Source: the human T2T-CHM13v2.0 reference genome, Homo sapiens | Direction: 5' to 3' (one strand) | DNA: 64,000 nucleotides | NCBI RefSeq assembly: GCF_009914755.1 | Contig: NC_060939.1 | In this document: piece by piece, positions 58,817 to 64,000 of the stretch | Position numbering within the stretch: the stretch's first letter is position 1 | Layout of the letters: each line of letters opens with the position of its first letter | The notes under the pieces: model-generated | Told to the model about the DNA's origin: nothing | Seen by the model: only the letters and a program-made list of their open reading frames with translations | Database searches by the model: none | Position numbers and translations under genes: made by a program

Positions 58817-61800
58817 TCCTTTCCATTCGAGTCCATTCCTCTCCAGTCCATTCCGTTCAATCCATTCCATTCCAGTCCATTCCATTCGAGTCCGTTCCAT
58901 TCCAGTCCATTCCATTCGAGTCAATTCCATTCCATTCGATGTCTTTCCATAAATATCCATTCCATTCTATTCCTTTCGATTCCATTCAGTTCTATTTCAT
59001 TCCATTCGATTCCCTTCCATTGGACTCCTTTCCATTCGAGTGCATTCCATTCTGTTCCATTTCTTTCCGTTCTGTACGATTCCTACCGTTCGATTTCATT
59101 TTGTTCCAGTCCTTTTCTTTCGCGTCCATTCCATTCCATTTCACTCCATTCGATTCCATTCCACTCGATTCCACTTCATTCCATTTCATTGCATTCCATT
59201 CTATTCAACTCTATTGCCTTCCATTCCATTCCATTCGATTACATTCCATGCGATTCCATTCGAAATCGAATAAATTACATTGCAATCCATTACTAATGAG
59301 TCCGTTTTATTCCAGTCCACTGCATTCTGGTCCATTGCATTTGATTCCATTCCATTCTATTCCATTCCATACAGTTGCATTCCATTGGATTCCATTCTAT
59401 ATCTATAAATTCAATTCGAGACCATTGCTTTTGAGTCCATTCTATATGATTCCATTCCATTCATGTCCATTACATTTGGATCCATTCCATTCCATTCCAT
59501 TAACTTCCATTCCATTCCATTTGATATCAATCCATTCGATTCCATTCCATTCGAGCACATTCCATTCGAGTCCATTCCATTCGATGCCATTCCATTTGAT
59601 TCTATTCCATTAGTCTCCATTCAATTCCATTAATCTCCATTCCATTCCATTCTACTCCAACTGATTCCATTCCATTCTATTCCTTTCCATTCCATTTCAT
59701 TCCAGTAGGTTCTATTTCATTCCATTTCATTCCATTCCATTCCATTTCATTCCATTCCATTCAATTCGCTTCCATTCCTTTCGTGTCCATTCCACTCCAG
59801 TCCATTCCACTCGTGTCCATTCCATTCCAGTCCATTCCATTTGTGTCTACTGCATTCCATTCCACTCCATTTCATATTATTCCATTACACTCCATTGCAT
59901 TCTATTACTTTCATTTCCTTTCAATTCCATTCCATTTGATTCCATTCCACTCGGTTTCATTCCATTTGAGTCCATTCCTTTCCATTCCATTCCATTCCAT
60001 TCCATTCCATTCCATTCCATTCATTCAGTTCCATTCCATTCTGTTCCATTTCATTCAATTCCATTCCATTCCATTCCATTCCATTCGGTAGCATTCCATA
60101 TTGTTCCATTCGATTCCATTCGAATCCATTCCATTCCAGTCCATTCCATTCGATTCAATTCCATTCCTTTCAATACCATTCCATTCCATTCCATTCCACT
60201 TGATTCCACTCCATTCCCTTCCACTGCATTCCATTCGATTCCATTCCATTGCATTTCATTCCATTCCATTGGATTGCATTCCATTCGATTCCATTCCATT
60301 CGAATTAATTACATAGCAATCCATTACATTCGAGTCTATTCTATTCCGTTCCATTCGATTTCGTTCCAATGCATTCGATTCCATTCCATTCGATTCCATT
60401 CCATACTATTGCATTCCATTCGATTAAATTATATTCGAATAAGTTCCATTCAAGACCATTTCTTTTGAGTCCATTCTATTTGAGTCCATTCCCTTTGATT
60501 CCATAACATTTGAGTCCATTCAATTCCATTCCTTTCGTTTCCATTCCATTTGATGCCATTCCATTCAATTCTGTTCTACTCGACTCCAATACATTCAATT
60601 CCATTCCATCCGATTCCATTACATTCTTTTCATTTCTTATCCATTTCAAGCCATTTCATTCCATTCCATTCCACTCGTTTCCTTTTCATTCGAGTCCATT
60701 CCTCTCCAGTCCATTCCGTTCAATCCATTCCATTCCAGTCCATTCCATTCGAGTCCGATCCATTCCAGTCCATTCCATTCGAGTCAATTCCATTCCATTC
60801 GATGTCTTTCCATAACGATCCATTCCATTCTATTCCTTTCGATTCCATTCCGTTCTATTTCATTCCATTCGATTCCCTTCCATTGGACTCCTTTCCATTC
60901 GAGTGCATTCCATTCCGTTCCATTTCTTTCCTTTCTGAACGATTCCTACCGTTCGATTTCATTTTGTTCCAGTCCATTCCTTTCGCGTCCATTCCATTCC
61001 ATTTCACTCCATTCGATTCCGTTCCATTCGATTCCATTCCACTCGATTCCACTTCGTTCCATTTCATTGCATTCCATTCTATTCAACTCTATTGCCTTCC
61101 ATTCCATTCCATTCGATTACATTCCATGCGATTCCATTCGAAATCGAATCAATTACATTGCAATCCATTACTATTGAGTCCGTTTTATTCCAGTCCACTG
61201 CATTCTGGTCCATTCCATTTGATTCCATTCCATTCTATTCCATTCCATACAGTTGCATTCCATTGGATTCCATTCTATATCTATAAATTCAATTAGAGAC
61301 CATTGCTTTTGAGTCCATTCTATATGATTCCATTCCATTCAAGTCCATTACATTTGGTTCAATTCCATTCCATTTCATTTCCTTCCATTCCATTCCATTT
61401 GATATCAATCCATTCGATTCCATTCCATTCGAGCACATTCCATTCGAGTCCATTCCATTCGATGCCATTCCATTTGATTCTATTCCATTAGTCTCCATTC
61501 AATTCCATTAATCTCCATTCCATTCCATTCTACTCCAACTGATTCTATTCCTTTCCATTCCATTTCATTCCATTACGTTCCATTTCATTCCATTCCATTC
61601 CATTGCATTCCCTTCATTCCATTCGTGTCCATTCCACTCCAGTCCATTCCATTCGTGTCCATTCCATTCCAGTCCATTCCATTTGTGTCCACTGCATTCC
61701 ATTCCACTCCATTCCATATTATTCCATTACACTGCATTCCATTCTATTACTTTCATTTCCATTCAATTCCATTCCTTTTGATTCCATTCCACTCGGTTTC

Positions 61801-64000
61801 ATTCCATTTGAGTCCATTCCATTCCATTCCATTCCATTCAGTTCCATTCCATTCGGTTCCATTCCATTCCATTCCATCCCATCCCATTCCATTCCATTCC
61901 ATTCCATTCGCTACCATTCCATATTGTTCCATTCGATTCCATTCGAATCCATTCCATTCCAGTCAATTCCATTCGATTCCAATCCATTCCTTTCAATTCC
62001 ATTCCATTCCATTCCATTCCACTTGATTCCACTCCATTCCCTTCCACTGCATTCCATTCGAATCCATTCAATTGCATTGCATTCCATTCCATTGGATTGC
62101 ATTCCATTCGCTTCCATTCCATTCGTGTCCATTCCATTCGTGTCCATTCCATGCCAGTCCATTCCATTTGTGTCCACTGCATTCCATTCCACTCCATTCC
62201 ATATTATTCCATTACACTCCATTCCATTCTATTACAGTCATTTCCATTCAATTCCATTCCATTTGATTCCATTCCACTCGGTTTCATTCCATTTGAGTCC
62301 ATTCCATTCCATTCCATTCAGTTCCATTCCATTCTGTTGCATTCCTTTCCATTCCATTCCATTCCATTCGGTACCATTCCATATTGTTCCATTCGATTCC
62401 ATTCGAATCCATACCATTCCAGTCCATTCCATTCGATTCCATTAGATTCCTTTCAATTCCATTCCATTCCATTCCATTCCACTTGATTCCACTCCCTTCC
62501 CTTCCACTGCATTCCATTCGAATCCATTCCATTGCATTGCATTCCATTCCATTGGATTGCATTCCATTCGATTCCATTCCATTCGAATCAATTACATAGC
62601 AATCCATTACATTCGAGTCTGTTCTATTCCGTTGCACTCGATTTCGTTCCAATCCATTCGATTCCATTCCATTCGATTCCATTCCATAATATTGCATTCC
62701 ATTCGATTAAATTATATTCGAATAAGTTCCATTCAAGACCATTTCTTTTGAGTCCATTCTATTTGAGTCCATTCCCTTTGATTCCATAACATTTGAGTCC
62801 ATTCAATTCCATTCCTTTCGTTTCCATTCCATTTGATGCCATTCCATTCAATTCTGTTCTACTCGACTCCAATACATTCAATTCCATTCCATCCGATTCC
62901 ATTACATTCTTTTCATTTCTTATCCATTTCAAGCCATTCCATTCCATTCCATTCCACTCGTTTCCTTTCCATTCGAGTCCATTCCTCTCCAGTCCATTCC
63001 GTTCAATCCATTCCATTCCAGTCCATTCCATTCCAGTCCGTTCCATTCCAGTCCATTCCATTCGAGTCAATTCCATTACATTCGATGTCTTTCCATAACG
63101 ATCCATTCCATTCTATTCCTTTCGATTCCATTCCGTTCTATTTGATTCCATTCGATTCCCTTCCATTGGACTCCTTTCCATTCGAGTGCATTCCATTCCG
63201 TTCCATTTCTTTCCGTTCTGAACGATTCCTACCGTTCGATTTCATTTTGTTCCAGTCCATTCCTTTCGCGTCCATTCCATTCCATTTCACTCCATTCGAT
63301 TCCATTCCATTCGATTCCATTCCACTCGATTCCACTTCGTTCCTTTTCATTGCATTCCATTCTATTCAACTCTATTGCCTTCCATTCCATTCCATTCGAT
63401 TACATTCCATGCGATTCCATTCGAAATCGAATCAATTACATTGCAATCCATTACTATTGAGTCCGTTTTATTCCAGTCCACTGCATTCTGGTCCATTCCA
63501 TTTGATTCCATTCCATTCTATTCCATTCCATAGAGTTGCATTCCATTGGATTCCATTCTATATCTATAAATTCAATTCGAGACCATTGTTTTTGAGTCCA
63601 TTCTATATGATTCCATTCCATTCAAGTCCATTACATTTGGTTCAATTCCATTCCATTCCATTCCCTTCCATTCCATTCCATTTGATATCAATCCATTCGA
63701 TTCCATTCCATTCGAGCACATTCCATTCGAGTCCATTCCATTCGATGCCATTCCATTTGATTCTATTCCATTAGTCTCCATTCAATTCCATTAATCTCCA
63801 TTCCATTCCATTCTACTCCAACTGATTCCATTCCATTCTATTCCTTTCCATTCCATTTCATTCCATTCCATGCCATTCCATTCCATTCCATTCCATTCCA
63901 TTCATGTCCATTCCACTCCAGTCCATTCCATTCGTGTCCATTCCATTCCAGTCCATTCCATTTGTGTCCACTGCATTCCATTCCACTCCATTCCATATTA
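58817..64000 (+). repeat. Right domain of ~1.8 kb short units
   Basis: Module B is absent after ~58817 and the short-type variants return (GATGTCTTTCC, CGCGTCC, CAACTCTATTGCCTT, CGAAATCGAAT). Unit starts are 60510 and 62793. KpnI-homologous positions are 60087 (GGTAGC), 61910 (GCTACC) and 62370 (GGTACC). Confidence 0.85.
61611..62570 (+). repeat. ~460-500 bp diverged internal duplication in a short unit
   Basis: The CGTGTCC...TTTGTGTCCACTGC...CTCGGTTTC...CATATTGTTCC...TTGGATTGC block occurs twice (about 61611-62110 and 62111-62570). Unit length is 2283 = 1823 + 460. Confidence 0.8.

Larger units (their letters stand above)
3905..60509 (+). repeat. Central domain of 16 long (~3.5 kb) higher-order units
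   Basis: Landmark starts are 3905, 7459, 10922, 14372, 17822, 21267, 24748, 28198, 31643, 35144, 38625, 41479, 45010, 48480, 53440, 56926, then 60510. Periods are 3554, 3463, 3450, 3450, 3445, 3481, 3450, 3445, 3501, 3481, 2854, 3531, 3470, 4960, 3486 and 3584. Homologous ORFs in the track show the same spacing. Confidence 0.92.
1..64000 (+). repeat. Human satellite III (HSat3) array, diverged (CATTC)n/(GAATG)n, C/T-rich strand on +, running off both window edges
   Basis: Every line is built from CATTC and its single-base variants (GATTC, GAGTC, CACTC, CAGTC, TATTC, AATTC). No strand switch and no non-satellite insert was seen. The ATGATG-containing 23/26 bp units typical of HSat2 were not seen. 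Confidence 0.97.

Noticed and set aside
3905-60509. Identification as Y-chromosome DYZ1 because of the ~3.5 kb period
   Set aside because: DYZ1 is classically released by HaeIII, and I saw no GGCC site here. The unit also contains the KpnI 1.8 kb repeat and is flanked by it. Distant homology is possible; alignment to the DYZ1 consensus would settle it.
52-63781. Several hundred ORFs encoding HSIPF-repeat (+) and MEWNG-repeat (-) peptides
   Set aside because: (CATTC)n and (GAATG)n contain no stop codon in any frame. The ORFs overlap in all frames, recur with the repeat period and open or close with random SNVs. No domain or gene structure is visible.
1-64000. CRISPR array, telomeric repeat, HSat2 or alpha satellite
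   Set aside because: There are no unique spacers, no TTAGGG tracts, no ATGATG-type 23/26 bp units and no 171 bp monomers.
1-64000. Inversions or embedded Alu/L1 fragments
   Set aside because: I saw no GGAAT-oriented tract on + and no non-satellite stretch when reading through. A very short insert could be missed by eye.

Overview
The whole 64 kb window is one uninterrupted, single-orientation array of classical satellite III DNA (HSat3, diverged (CATTC)n on + and (GAATG)n on -), i.e. human or great-ape heterochromatin. I see no genes, RNA genes, transposons or CRISPR arrays, and every ORF in the track is a translation artefact of the pentamer. The informative signal is the nested repeat structure. 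(1) A ~1.8 kb unit carrying one KpnI site or a decayed KpnI site (D15Z1/HSat3A5-like, by inference) occupies both ends, about 1-4 kb and 58.8-64 kb. (2) Between them lies a ~55 kb island of 16 longer ~3.45-3.58 kb units, each equal to the 1.8 kb unit plus a ~1.7 kb extra module bounded by ~38 bp direct repeats. (3) The island holds a recent ~10.4 kb three-unit tandem duplication, two single-unit duplications, a 641 bp deletion, a 1480 bp internal duplication and two variant-defined sub-domains. (4) An older ~0.6-1.0 kb sub-periodicity underlies both unit types. All coordinates were read by eye from landmark motifs, so breakpoints are approximate. I found no novel protein-coding system; the candidate novelty is the array architecture.
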